Shown: positions 47,141-57,228 of the stretch, piece by piece
How the letters are laid out: each line of letters begins with the position of its first letter
How positions within the stretch are numbered: position 1 is the first letter of the stretch
From: Faecousia sp.
Lineage (GTDB): Bacteria; Bacillota; Clostridia; Oscillospirales; Oscillospiraceae
Length of the DNA: 64,000 bases
NCBI GenBank assembly: GCA_045596405.1
Contig: JAZOCJ010000036.1
Location: 1,821-65,820 of the forward strand
Reading direction: 5' to 3'
Translations under genes and position numbers: made by a program
The notes under the pieces: model-generated
Database searches by the model: none
Told to the model about the DNA's origin: nothing
What the model saw: the letters and a program-made list of their open reading frames with translations, nothing else

Positions 47141-48532
47141 ATGAAGAAATTAAATCAGTTGCCGGAAAACCAGTTTTTGACCTTCTTCTTTGCCCTTGTT
47201 TCTGCCTGCTTTGTTTTGGCTGCGGCGATCCTGCCCGACCGGGGTGTGATGTTTGAGGGCTTTGTGAACCTTATGCGGTTTCCCTGTAAGGTCACCACCA
47301 ACTACTTCTATGTAGGCGGCTATGCCGGCACATTCCTGAATATGGGCGTGGTGGGCTTTCTCTGCACGCTGCTGTGCGCCCTGCCCGGGGCGAAACCTAC
47401 CAATGTGACCACTCTGGGCTTTTTGCTCACCGTGGGCTTTGCGTCCTGGGGTATGAATCCGCTGAATATGCTTCCCACTATTCTGGGCGTGTGCCTTTAC
47501 TGTCTGGTGAAAAAGGAAAAGCTGGGCAGCCAGGTCAACGCTATGATGTTCTCCACCGGTATTGCGCCTCTGATCTCAGAGCTGCTGCTGCGTTATCCCG
47601 AGGCGGATTATGTGGGCTTCAATCTGCTGGGCGCCTGCCTTGCACTGGTTGTTGGTCTGGTGATCGGCTTCTTCCTGCCTGCCGGTCTGGGTCACGCACC
47701 TAACATCCATAAGGGTTTTAACCACTACAGCGCCGCTGTACCCATCGGCTTTACCGCATTTTTCCTGCGGACGGTGCTGTACAATGTGATGCTGGGCAAG
47801 AAGATCGGCGATGTCAGCGCGCTGAAGGCGTTCCCCGGTGCGAACTCGGATTTCTTCTGGGCTTGCAACATCTTCTGCGCGGTGCTGTTCGGCGCTTGCA
47901 TCCTTGTGGCGCTGCTGATGGGCTGCAAGGTCAGCGACTATTGGAAGCTGCTGAAAGACCCGGGCAAGGGTGTCAGCTTCAGCACCAAGTACGGCAATGC
48001 GCCGTTTTTGATGAATGTGGGCGTGTACGGTCTGATGATCGTTGCCTACTTTAATCTGGCAGCCTTTATGGACGGCGGCGCTGCCCGGATGTCCACGGTC
48101 TGGAACGGTATGACCTTCGGTATTGTGTTCTGTATGCTGGCTACCTGTAACTCCGGCAGCCACCCCGGCAACGTCTGGCCCATTATGCTGGGCTATGTGG
48201 TCACATCGTATCTGTTCGGCTGGATCGCAGGACTTTTGGGCGTGGAGAATTACGGTCTGACCATCGCGGCACAGGGCATCCTTATCGGTCTGTGCTACGC
48301 CAACGGACTGTCTCCTATCTCCGGTACATACGGCTGGGCGTACGGCGCACTGGCAGGCGGTCTGCACTATCTGCTGGTTACCGCAGTACCGGATATGCAC
48401 GGCGGCTTCTGCCTGTATAACGGCGGCTTCACCGCGGCGCTGATCTGCCTGATGCTGGTACCTCAGCTGGAGAAGTTCTGCAAGACCAAGGAAGAACGGA
48501 AGGCATTAAAAGCCGAAAAGGCGGCAAAATAA
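47141..48532 (+). CDS. DUF1576-like polytopic membrane protein
   Basis: ~12-13 TM helices with internal duplication; FLNMG / LMNVG, HKGFNHYSAA / HGGFCLYNGGFTAAL motifs, recognised by eye. Confidence 0.8.
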   Translation: MKKLNQLPENQFLTFFFALVSACFVLAAAILPDRGVMFEGFVNLMRFPCKVTTNYFYVGGYAGTFLNMGVVGFLCTLLCALPGAKPTNVTTLGFLLTVGFASWGMNPLNMLPTILGVCLYCLVKKEKLGSQVNAMMFSTGIAPLISELLLRYPEADYVGFNLLGACLALVVGLVIGFFLPAGLGHAPNIHKGFNHYSAAVPIGFTAFFLRTVLYNVMLGKKIGDVSALKAFPGANSDFFWACNIFCAVLFGACILVALLMGCKVSDYWKLLKDPGKGVSFSTKYGNAPFLMNVGVYGLMIVAYFNLAAFMDGGAARMSTVWNGMTFGIVFCMLATCNSGSHPGNVWPIMLGYVVTSYLFGWIAGLLGVENYGLTIAAQGILIGLCYANGLSPISGTYGWAYGALAGGLHYLLVTAVPDMHGGFCLYNGGFTAALICLMLVPQLEKFCKTKEERKALKAEKAAK

Positions 48533-48570
48533 AAGAAATATCCCGGACCTGTCGGTCCGGGATTTCTTAA

Positions 48571-48798
48571 TCACCGTCTTTTGGAAGGTTGCCGCAAAGG
48601 AAGTGGCTCTTTGATCAAACCAAGCAGATAATCTGCGGAGACATTATAATATTGCGCCAGCAGGATCAGTTTTTCTCCACTGATGTCCGCCTTGCCTGTT
48701 TCGATCTTACTGTACTGCTGTTGGGTCGTGTGGAGGACTTTGGCAATATCTGCCTGGGACAGATCTCTGTCTTCTCTTACATCCCGAATACGATACAT
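48571..48798 (-). CDS. XRE-family HTH regulator
   Basis: RIRDVREDRDLSQ..QQQYSKIETG..YYNVSADYLLG. Confidence 0.93.
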   Translation of the reverse strand: MYRIRDVREDRDLSQADIAKVLHTTQQQYSKIETGKADISGEKLILLAQYYNVSADYLLGLIKEPLPLRQPSKRR

Positions 48799-48837
48799 TA
48801 TAAACACCCCTTATATGTGAATGAAAATATTATATTT

Positions 48838-48909
48838 CACATCTAAAAATTGTATTGACATTTACGCCTAATAGGCGTAACATAAAGAAGACTACAACTA
48901 ATAGATGTA
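48838..48909. promoter_or_regulatory. Three 17-bp operators around a TTGACA-17bp-TAACAT promoter
   Basis: CACATCTAAAAATTGTA (48838), TACGCCTAATAGGCGTA (48863), TACAACTAATAGATGTA (48893). Confidence 0.7.
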
Positions 48910-48922
48910 AGGCGGGGAGAAT

Positions 48923-49180
48923 ATGAAACAGGAAAATTCGGCAAAAACCAACTTAGAAATATTTGCACATAATGTGGCGTGGCTTCGGAAACATTACGGC
49001 TTTTCAAAAAGTAAAATGGCTCGCATTATGAGGATCGGGATACCAAGCCTGAATAAATTGGAGCGGGGAGAGATTCCCCCGAGACTGGGCGTAGATGTAC
49101 TTTTTGCAATCCAAAAGCAGTTTGGAATATGCCCGTCAGAGCAATGCTGCCGTTGGTTGGAGGGGTCGTCTTCGGATTAG
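48923..49180 (+). CDS. XRE-family HTH protein
   Basis: NVAWLRKHYGFSKSKMARIMRIGIPSLNKLERG. Confidence 0.85.
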   Translation: MKQENSAKTNLEIFAHNVAWLRKHYGFSKSKMARIMRIGIPSLNKLERGEIPPRLGVDVLFAIQKQFGICPSEQCCRWLEGSSSD

Positions 49181-49246
49181 ATTATCCATAATATGCTACA
49201 TATAATAACTGCCCGCATAGCCAGAAAGGCCGTGCAGGCAGTTTTT

Positions 49247-49322
49247 GTAGGGCGGTGGCTTGCCCCCGCCGTTTTGTTTTTAGTGGTAAATTGTAAGCGG
49301 CGGGGGCAAGCCCCCGCCCTAC
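49247..49322. repeat. REPIN (RAYT-flanking type)
   Basis: GTAGGGCGGTGGCTTGCCCCCGCCG-spacer-CGGCGGGGGCAAGCCCCCGCCCTAC. Confidence 0.88.
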
Positions 49323-49330
49323 AATGCAGA

Positions 49331-49681
49331 TCATTTCATAAATTTGTCGATGGCGCTGCACAGGTCGTCGATGGCGGTCTCGTCGCCGGCGGCTACGGCG
49401 TCCACCATACAGTGGCGCATATGATCCTTGAGGATCACCTTGCCCGTATGGTCCAGTGCTGAGCGGACGGCTGCCAGCTGGACAAGCACCTCGGAGCAGT
49501 CGTAGCCGTCCTCCACCATTTTGCGCACTTTTTCCAGATGCCCCATAGCCCGGGCAAGGCGGTTGAGCACCGCTTTCTGGTTTTCGTGGACGTGTCCGTG
49601 GCTGTGTTCGATCCCGTGGGCGTGCATATAGGCGTGATCGTGTTCGTGAGAATGATCGTGGCTGTGAGAATGGTCTGCCAT
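49331..49681 (-). CDS. CsoR/RcnR-family metal-sensing repressor with a His-rich N-terminus
   Basis: NRLARAMGHL..CSEVLVQLAAVRSAL..DHMRHC. Confidence 0.93.
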   Translation of the reverse strand: MADHSHSHDHSHEHDHAYMHAHGIEHSHGHVHENQKAVLNRLARAMGHLEKVRKMVEDGYDCSEVLVQLAAVRSALDHTGKVILKDHMRHCMVDAVAAGDETAIDDLCSAIDKFMK

Positions 49682-49773
49682 AAAACGCCCTCCTTTTCCG
49701 TATTTTTCTTATCATACCTTATTTTTGCCAAACTTGCAAGCCCCTACGGGGGATATATACGCAGGGGATCTCT

Positions 49774-49933
49774 GTAGGGGCGAGCATTGCTCGTCCGCTT
49801 GGGCGGTGTTGTGTCGCAGTAACGGACGACCGATGGTCGCCCCTACAAAAAACTGTTGTAGGGGCGGTTATCAACCGCCCGTAAATTGCATTATGGAATG
49901 GAATGGTAACGGGCGGATACTATCCGCCCCTAC
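49774..49933. repeat. Two tandem REPINs (four GTAGGGGCG REPs)
   Basis: 49774-49846 and 49858-49933, each GTAGGGGCG-hairpin...hairpin-CGCCCCTAC. Confidence 0.88.
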
Positions 49934-50003
49934 AAGCGATAACCTGCCGTTGCAGACAACAGTTCCCCGCACGCGATTTGCGTACGGGGAAAGGGTTTTC
50001 TGA

Positions 50004-50396
50004 TTATGATACTAAAACGATCTTAAAGTAAGAGATTTTATTTTCTTTGATCAGCATACCAATATCTGTTCGGGGGTGATCGGTAGGGATGCTGACTTCT
50101 ACTGTGACGCCCGCATAGCTTGCCCCGATTTCTGCTTTTTCAAAAACAGATTTCGTGGTTTTTACGGATATGGTATCCGTGGGCAGGCTGTTCTCCGCCT
50201 GATACCAGCCGTCCAGTTTGATGGTTAAGTAGTAATCATCGGAATGGGCTTTTTCTGTGATCGCACTGATTGGGAGCGTGGTAATCACCGTAACGGTTTT
50301 GTCTTGGTTGTTTCTGTGATGTACATATGCGGCAGAAGACACCGCAGCAGCACAAAACAGAACGATCAAACATATCACTAACAGCTTCTTTTTCAT
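50004..50396 (-). CDS. Hypothetical exported or membrane-anchored protein
   Basis: GGAGG RBS, N-terminal hydrophobic segment; no recognised domain. Confidence 0.7.
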   Translation of the reverse strand: MKKKLLVICLIVLFCAAAVSSAAYVHHRNNQDKTVTVITTLPISAITEKAHSDDYYLTIKLDGWYQAENSLPTDTISVKTTKSVFEKAEIGASYAGVTVEVSIPTDHPRTDIGMLIKENKISYFKIVLVS

Positions 50397-50520
50397 AGGT
50401 GTCCCCTCCGTTATTATATTTGGTAACTATATTATATTGCATTTGCAATTGCTTGTAAAGAGGAAATTGACTGTTGCGGCGGTTTCTGCTATAATGCCTA
50501 GAGAAATGGAGGAAACGGTT

Positions 50521-51210
50521 ATGAGAATGCGGAAAATGAAAAACTTAGAGCCGCGGATGGAAAAGTGCGGCGACTACCGGATCGCAGAGCCTGCACAATT
50601 TCGGGGTAACTGGCGCAGCCTGATGCCCGGGTGCACGGAATTGTGGGTAGAGGTAGGCTGCGGCAAGGGCAAGTTCACGGCGGAGACCGCACAAGCCAAT
50701 CCCGATGTGCTGCTGATCGCGGTGGAGCGCTGCCGGGAGGCTATGGTAGTGGCGATGGAAAAGGCCAAGGAAATGGGCCTTAAAAATGTATTTTACATCG
50801 ATATGGATGTAGAGAAGATCGAGGAAATGTTTGTGCCCGGAGAGATCGACCGGCTGTTTATCAACTTCCCCGACCCGTGGCCCAGAAAGAAAAACGCCAA
50901 GCGCCGGCTGACTCACAGAGGCTTTCTCCATAAGTACTGTCGGGTGGTCACCCTGGGCGGCGAGGTGCATTTCAAGACGGACAATGCGCCTTTGTTCGAG
51001 TTTTCCGTGGAGGAATTTGCCGCTTGCGGTCTGGAGGTTAAGAATCTGACCCGGGATCTGCACGCCAACGGTATCGTAGGTATTATGACCGGATACGAAG
51101 AGAAATTTCACGCACTGGGTACGCCCATCAACCGCTGTGAGGTGGTGTGCAAACCCTTTGTGCTGATGCCGGAGGAGAAAGTATGTACCACGCAGGAAAC
51201 TGTGATGTAA
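50521..51210 (+). CDS. trmB: tRNA (guanine-N7)-methyltransferase
   Basis: EVGCGKG, INFPDPW, RRLT, FKTD, TGYEEKF. Confidence 0.97.
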   Translation: MRMRKMKNLEPRMEKCGDYRIAEPAQFRGNWRSLMPGCTELWVEVGCGKGKFTAETAQANPDVLLIAVERCREAMVVAMEKAKEMGLKNVFYIDMDVEKIEEMFVPGEIDRLFINFPDPWPRKKNAKRRLTHRGFLHKYCRVVTLGGEVHFKTDNAPLFEFSVEEFAACGLEVKNLTRDLHANGIVGIMTGYEEKFHALGTPINRCEVVCKPFVLMPEEKVCTTQETVM

Positions 51211-53042
51211 TTGTCATCGGCGCGGGACACGCAGGCATCGAAGCGGCGCTGGCTACTGCCCGGATGGGGCTAAACACACTGCTGTTTACCATCAATCTGG
51301 ATGCGGTGGGCAATATGCCCTGCAATCCTGCCATCGGCGGCACGGGCAAGGGTCACCTTGTCCGGGAGCTGGACGCATTGGGCGGAGAGATGGGTGTGGC
51401 GGCGGATGCTGCCTGCATCCAGTACCGGATGCTCAACCGGGGCAAAGGTCCGGCTGTCCACTCCTTGCGCGCCCAGGCTGACCGGCGGAAATATCAGGAA
51501 TATATGAAGCACACCCTGGAGCAGCAGGAGAATCTCCAGCTGAAGCAGGGGCAGGTGGTGGAGATCCTTACTCAGAACCGCGCGGTGACCGGTGTGAAGA
51601 CCCTTTTGGGGGCGGTGTATGAAGCAAAGGCGGTGATCCTTGCCACCGGTACGTTTTTGGACAGCACCATCGTCATCGGCGAGTCCGTCCAGTCCTCCGG
51701 TCCGGACGGTATGCACGCGTCCACAGGTCTGGCGGAGAATTTGCGGGCATTGGGACTTTCCCTGCGCCGGTTCAAGACCGGCACGCCTCCCAGAGTCAAC
51801 CGCCGGAGCATTGATTTTTCTAAAATGGAGCTGCAGCCCGGGGATGCGATCCCCGAGCCGTTTTCCTTCCGCACGGAGCACAGTCTGGAAAACCGGGCGG
51901 TGTGCTATTTGACCTACACCAACGAGGAGACCCACCGGATCATCCGGGAGAATCTGCACCGCAGTCCTATGTATGACGGCACCATCTCCGGGGTAGGACC
52001 CCGGTACTGCCCCAGCATCGAGACCAAGATCGTCCGGTTTGCGGACAAGCCCCGGCATCAGCTGTTTATCGAGCCCTGCGGACTGAACACCGAGGAAATG
52101 TATATCCAAGGCTTTTCCTCCAGTTTGCCTGAGGATGTGCAATTAAAGATGCTGCATACCGTTCCGGGCTTAGAGAATGCGGAAATGATGCGTCCTGCCT
52201 ATGCCATTGAATACGAATGTATTGACCCTACCCAGCTGCTGCCCACACTGGAGTGCAAGCAGGTTTCCGGTCTGTACGGCGCGGGACAGTTTAACGGCTC
52301 GTCCGGCTATGAGGAAGCGGCAGTACAGGGTCTGGTGGCGGGAATCAACGCGGCGCTGAAGCTGCTGGAGAAACCCCCTATGATCCTGACCCGGGATACC
52401 AGCTACATCGGCACGCTCATCGATGACCTGGTGACCAAGGGGACGGAAGAGCCTTACCGGATTATGACCAGTCGGTCGGAGTATCGGCTGCTCCACCGGC
52501 AGGACAATGCGGATCAGCGGCTGACTGCCATTGGCGCGGCAGTGGGACTGGTAAGCCCCCAGCGGCTGGCTGCGGTAGAGGAAAAGTATACGGCAGTCCG
52601 CCGGGAGATCCAACGGCTGGAAAGCAGCGGCGTTCCCGCATCGGATGCTCTTAACGAAATGCTTGCGAAACGGGAGTCTGCCCCGGTGGTCAATTCCGCA
52701 CGGCTTGCAGATCTCCTGCGCAGACCCCAGGTGACCTATGAAGATCTTGCTCCCTTTGACAGCGATCGTCCGGAACTTTCCGCACCGGTGCAGGAGGCGG
52801 TGGAGATTCAAGTCAAATATGCCGGTTATCTTGCCCGGCAGGAAAAGCAGGTGGAAGTCTTTAAGCAGGAGGAGCAGCGGCTGCTGCCGGAAGATATCGA
52901 CTATAACGCCATCAGCGGATTGCGGGTGGAGGCAAGGGAAAAGCTGTCTGCCATCCGTCCGGTGTCCATCGGACAGGCTGGCCGGATCTCCGGCGTCAGC
53001 CCTGCGGACATCGCGGTGCTGCTGATCTATTTGTCACAGTGA
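51183..53042 (+). CDS. mnmG: tRNA uridine-5-carboxymethylaminomethyl modification enzyme
   Basis: [47 protein letters not shown]. Confidence 0.98.
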   Translation: MYHAGNCDVIVIGAGHAGIEAALATARMGLNTLLFTINLDAVGNMPCNPAIGGTGKGHLVRELDALGGEMGVAADAACIQYRMLNRGKGPAVHSLRAQADRRKYQEYMKHTLEQQENLQLKQGQVVEILTQNRAVTGVKTLLGAVYEAKAVILATGTFLDSTIVIGESVQSSGPDGMHASTGLAENLRALGLSLRRFKTGTPPRVNRRSIDFSKMELQPGDAIPEPFSFRTEHSLENRAVCYLTYTNEETHRIIRENLHRSPMYDGTISGVGPRYCPSIETKIVRFADKPRHQLFIEPCGLNTEEMYIQGFSSSLPEDVQLKMLHTVPGLENAEMMRPAYAIEYECIDPTQLLPTLECKQVSGLYGAGQFNGSSGYEEAAVQGLVAGINAALKLLEKPPMILTRDTSYIGTLIDDLVTKGTEEPYRIMTSRSEYRLLHRQDNADQRLTAIGAAVGLVSPQRLAAVEEKYTAVRREIQRLESSGVPASDALNEMLAKRESAPVVNSARLADLLRRPQVTYEDLAPFDSDRPELSAPVQEAVEIQVKYAGYLARQEKQVEVFKQEEQRLLPEDIDYNAISGLRVEAREKLSAIRPVSIGQAGRISGVSPADIAVLLIYLSQ

Positions 53043-53088
53043 AACAACAAAAGCGAGGGGAAATTCCCCTCGCTTTTGCTTTGTAGGT

Positions 53089-53455
53089 GCATACTTTCTC
53101 TCCGGTGAGAAAGTATGCAAAGAACCGCCGGGGACCTTTCGTATGGTCCCTGGACTCCCCAGACGACCAAAGGGGGAAGCGAATCGGCTGATACAAAGAA
53201 GAACCTGTCTTTCCGCATCCCCCTTTGGAATCCCCTTGCAACTTTGCGAAGGGAATGGCGGCTTAGCGAATGGAAAAGGCTGGTTAGGGCGGAAAGCTTC
53301 CCTTTTACTACTCGCTTTTTCCTTTTTCTGCACTTACCGAGTGCGCGCCTGGAGGGGTACATAGGGGAGGTGGCTTTGTGCGCGGGAGCGCACAACTCAA
53401 ATCCTCCCCTATGACGGCTTTTTTCGTATCTTTTTTGCCGGAACAAAAAAGATAC
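53089..53455. repeat. Pseudo-symmetric multi-hairpin non-coding element
   Basis: Terminal hairpins GCATACTTTCTC/GAGAAAGTATGC and GTATCTTTTTTG/CAAAAAAGATAC; inner stems CCAAAGGGGGA/TCCCCCTTTGG and CATAGGGGAGG/CCTCCCCTATG. Confidence 0.65.
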
Positions 53456-53539
53456 CCCGCGGAGCGACTGCACTATCAGTGCCGTACAGGAAAAAGCATA
53501 GTTTTAGAGGGCGTTGCAGTGAATTGCAACACCCTCTTA

Positions 53540-55426
53540 TTATTGCATTTCCAGTTGTTTTTTCTCGTATTGCAGGGTATAGAGCCGGTAGTAGCGACCC
53601 TTTTGCCGCAGCAGCTGCTGGTGCGTACCCTGCTCCAGGATTTGCCCGTGGGACAGCAGGATGATGTTGTCCGCGTGCTGGATGGTACTGAGCCGGTGGG
53701 CAACGATGAGCATCGTGCCGATGTTCTTCATTTTCTCCAGAGAGTCCTGGATCAGCAGCTCCGTTTCGGTGTCGATGTTGGCGGTGGCTTCGTCCAGGAT
53801 CATCACCGAGGGCTTATGGAGAATGGTGCGGGCAAAGCTGAGTAGCTGCCGTTGTCCGGCGGAGAAGTTGTTGCCCCGCTCTCTTACCACCTCGTCCAGA
53901 CCGTTTTCTAATCTTTCGATGAAGGTGTGGGCATTCACATACCGGCAGGCCTGCCGGATCTCCTCCTCTGGGATGTTATCCGATTGCAGCAGGATATTAC
54001 TGCGGATCGTACCGGAGAACAGGAACACATCCTGCAGCATCTGTCCGAAGTGGCGGCGCAGGGAGGATATTTTGATATGCCGGATGTCGATGCCGTCAAT
54101 GAGGATCTGTCCTTTTTGAATGTCGTAATTGCGGCAGATCAGGGACAAAATAGTGGTCTTACCCGAGCCGGTAGACCCGACAAACGCCACGGTCTGCCGT
54201 GGCTCGACCCGGAAGGAGACCCCTTTGAGTACCCATTCCCCGGGCTTATAGGCAAACCAAACATCCCGAAATTCGATCTCGCCCCGGACGGTATCCAGCT
54301 CGATGGCATCCTCCTCGTCCACTACCTCCGGGATCATATCCATAACCGTGAAGATCTTTTCTGCCGAGGCGAAGGATTTCTGGAGCATATCGAACTGCTC
54401 CGCCAGCGCCTGCACCGGCTGGAAGAATTTGGAGATATACATATAGAAGGAGACTACCACGTGGGCAGTGACCGTCTGTCCCAGGAATTGCGTATCCTGA
54501 AGATACCCCTTGGCACCAAAGTACAGCAGGCACAAAACCGAGCTGATGTTCAGCATATACACCATAGGACGGAAGATGCCGAAGACGAACATACGCCCCA
54601 GCTTTGCCTTTTGCAGCTTGCGGCTGCGCAGCTTAAAGGCTTGGAGCTTATTCTCCTCTTGATTGAAGATCTGGGTGATCTTGATACCGGAGAGATTCTC
54701 GGACAGATAGGTATTGATGTCCGTGGTGGCGTCGCTGACCGCCCGGTGTACCCGCCGGGAGAACTTCCGGAAGATCAGGGTGAACAGCACCACAAAGGGC
54801 ACAAAGCACAGCACCATCAGCGTCAGCGCGTAATTGAGCAGCAGCATCGCCGCCAGTACGCCAAAGATCATCAGGGTGTTTTTTACCAGAGTGACCAGAA
54901 TGTTGGTAAACAGGTAGGAGATGGCGTTGGTATCATTGGTGACACGGGTCACCAGTTTGCCCACAGGATTATTGTTGAGCTGATTGTGGGACAAATTTTC
55001 GATGTGCGCGAACAGATCCAGCCGCAGCTGGGACAGGATCTTCTGTCCGGTCTTTTGCAGCAGCATCGCCTGCAAATAAGTACACAGCATTGATACCAGA
55101 AGGATCGCGCCGTACACCGCCACCACCGAGAACAGGTAGGACAGCGCAAAGTCGCCTGCCACCACCTGTTCGATATGTCCCACCAGCAAAGGCGAGACCA
55201 GGTCATAGGCGATGGAGAAGAGCATAATCACCAGCGCCAGAACAAAGCGTGTCCAATAGGGCTTGGCATAGCGCAGCAGCCGGGCGACGATCTCCCGGTC
55301 CGGCATATGCCGGTCAAAGCCGATGACTTCCTTTTTATGCCGCAGGATGCCGTATGCCACCACAAACAAAACGGTGAACACACCGATAATGCTGCCGATG
55401 ATCAGCAGGGGAAGGTACTCAGACAT
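53540..55426 (-). CDS. ABC exporter, TM plus ATPase subunit (consensus site)
   Basis: GSTGSGKT, FSAGQRQ, LDEATA, AHRLST. Confidence 0.95.
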   Translation of the reverse strand: MSEYLPLLIIGSIIGVFTVLFVVAYGILRHKKEVIGFDRHMPDREIVARLLRYAKPYWTRFVLALVIMLFSIAYDLVSPLLVGHIEQVVAGDFALSYLFSVVAVYGAILLVSMLCTYLQAMLLQKTGQKILSQLRLDLFAHIENLSHNQLNNNPVGKLVTRVTNDTNAISYLFTNILVTLVKNTLMIFGVLAAMLLLNYALTLMVLCFVPFVVLFTLIFRKFSRRVHRAVSDATTDINTYLSENLSGIKITQIFNQEENKLQAFKLRSRKLQKAKLGRMFVFGIFRPMVYMLNISSVLCLLYFGAKGYLQDTQFLGQTVTAHVVVSFYMYISKFFQPVQALAEQFDMLQKSFASAEKIFTVMDMIPEVVDEEDAIELDTVRGEIEFRDVWFAYKPGEWVLKGVSFRVEPRQTVAFVGSTGSGKTTILSLICRNYDIQKGQILIDGIDIRHIKISSLRRHFGQMLQDVFLFSGTIRSNILLQSDNIPEEEIRQACRYVNAHTFIERLENGLDEVVRERGNNFSAGQRQLLSFARTILHKPSVMILDEATANIDTETELLIQDSLEKMKNIGTMLIVAHRLSTIQHADNIILLSHGQILEQGTHQQLLRQKGRYYRLYTLQYEKKQLEMQ

Positions 55427-57200
55427 CTGCCTCGCCTCCTTCCGTTTCCAGCTTTTGCAGCTGTACCATTTTGCGGTAGGAAGGACAGCTCTCTAACAGC
55501 TGACTGTGGCTGCCGGAGGCAGTCACTGTGCCGTCTTCAATCAGCAGGATCTTGTCCAGCTGCTCCACCGTAGAGATCCGGTGGGCGATGAGGATGGTAG
55601 TCTTGCCGGCACGGGTGGTGCGCAGGTTTTCTAGGATCGCGGTCTCCGTCTTGGTATCCACCGCGGAGACGGAATCGTCCAAAATCAGAATGGGGGCATC
55701 CTTCAGCAGCGCCCGGGCGATGGAGATCCGCTGCTTCTGTCCGCCGGAGACGGTGACGCCCCGTTCTCCCAGCACCGTGGCATAGCCCCGGGAGAAGCCT
55801 TGAATGTCCCCGTCCACATCCGCAAGAAGAGCGGCCTGGGAGATCATTTCTTCCTGTGTATCGGTATCGCCAAAGGCGATGTTGTTGGCAATGGTATCGG
55901 AGAACAGGAAATTATCCTGTGGCACATAGGCGCAGCCTGCCCGGACATCCCGGATGGCGATGCCGTTCACATCGTTGCCGTCGATAAACACCGTGCTGTC
56001 AGGGACATTGTAGGTGCGCAGCAGCAGATCCACAAGGGTGGTCTTGCCCGAGCCGGTCTTACCCACGATGCCTACCATCTGGCCGGGTTGGATGGTAAAG
56101 GATACATTTTTCAGTGCGTCCACTTCCCCGTCGGGGTAGCGGAAGGTCAGATCCCGGAATTCGATCTGCCCACGGATGTTAGGCAGAGGCTTTACGTCGG
56201 GACGGTCTATCACATCGACCTTGGCATCCAGCAGCTGGCTGATCCGCTCCAGAGAGGCTTTGCCCCGGCTGGTCATATCGATCAGCTCCGATACTGCCAT
56301 AATGGGCCAGACGATGGCGGTGAAGTAGCCGATGAACTCCACCAGCTGGGCGGCGCTGAATGCGTCCCGGTAAACAAGATAGCCGCCGTAGCCCAGAATG
56401 ATGCCCACCACGCTCTCCACAAACAGAGTCACCAAAATCCGCAGCAGCACGGAAGACTGGGTGTGGGAGACATTGGCGTCTTCGTTTTCTTCGTTGAGCT
56501 TCCGGAATGCCAGCAGCTCCTTGGTCTCTTTCACAAACGCCTTGATCACGGCGATGCCGGAAAAGCTTTCCTGGGAAAAATCGGACATCCGGGAGAACGC
56601 CTCCTGCCGCACATCCCATTTTTGCATCATATGCTTGCCCACCACCGTAGCTGCTGCCAGCAGCAGCGCCATAGGGATCAGGGACAGCAGGGTGAGCGTG
56701 GGGTCCATTCCCCACATTTTGCCGATGGCCAGAACGCCTAGCAGCAGAGCATCGAAGAACATCATAATGCCCCAGCCGAAGCACTCCTGCACGGTATCCA
56801 GATCGTTGGTAAACAGGCTCATCAGTGAGCCGACCTTATTGACCCCATAGTACTGCCGGCTCAGGTCCTTGGCGTGGTCGAACATCCGGTTGCGAAGATC
56901 TGTCTCCACCCGGATGGCAGCACCGAAAAAGCACACCCGCCACAGAAACCGTCCCAGCACCATCGCCAGGATGATCCCTACCAGAGGCATACAGATGCGC
57001 TCTAACAGCACGGTCATCGTAAAAGCGACCTCCGCGCCGTCTATGTAGACAAAACCCGTATTCATACCGCTGATGACCATCTGGTACAGGTTGGGGATGA
57101 TCAGCTGCAGGTAGTCTACCACTACCAGGGTGATCAGTCCCACCAGCAGCATAGGTGCGTGGCGCAGATAGTAGCGGTTGATATGTTTGCCGAATATCAC
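55419..57200 (-). CDS. ABC exporter, TM plus ATPase subunit (degenerate Walker B)
   Basis: GKTGSGKT, VSGGQKQR, LDDSVSAVD; heterodimeric exporter pair. Confidence 0.95.
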   Translation of the reverse strand: MIFGKHINRYYLRHAPMLLVGLITLVVVDYLQLIIPNLYQMVISGMNTGFVYIDGAEVAFTMTVLLERICMPLVGIILAMVLGRFLWRVCFFGAAIRVETDLRNRMFDHAKDLSRQYYGVNKVGSLMSLFTNDLDTVQECFGWGIMMFFDALLLGVLAIGKMWGMDPTLTLLSLIPMALLLAAATVVGKHMMQKWDVRQEAFSRMSDFSQESFSGIAVIKAFVKETKELLAFRKLNEENEDANVSHTQSSVLLRILVTLFVESVVGIILGYGGYLVYRDAFSAAQLVEFIGYFTAIVWPIMAVSELIDMTSRGKASLERISQLLDAKVDVIDRPDVKPLPNIRGQIEFRDLTFRYPDGEVDALKNVSFTIQPGQMVGIVGKTGSGKTTLVDLLLRTYNVPDSTVFIDGNDVNGIAIRDVRAGCAYVPQDNFLFSDTIANNIAFGDTDTQEEMISQAALLADVDGDIQGFSRGYATVLGERGVTVSGGQKQRISIARALLKDAPILILDDSVSAVDTKTETAILENLRTTRAGKTTILIAHRISTVEQLDKILLIEDGTVTASGSHSQLLESCPSYRKMVQLQKLETEGGEADV

Positions 57201-57228
57201 AGCGGTACTCTCCTTTCGTAAATATAAG

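Noticed and set aside
49774-49933. Regularly spaced repeats resembling a CRISPR array (also 63383-63728)
   Set aside because: Units alternate in orientation or vary in sequence, start with GTAG plus a hairpin, and there are no cas genes; these are REPs/REPINs.
52996-53845. Short ORFs in the mnmG-ABC intergenic region
   Set aside because: They run through hairpin repeats, with no RBS or domain signal.
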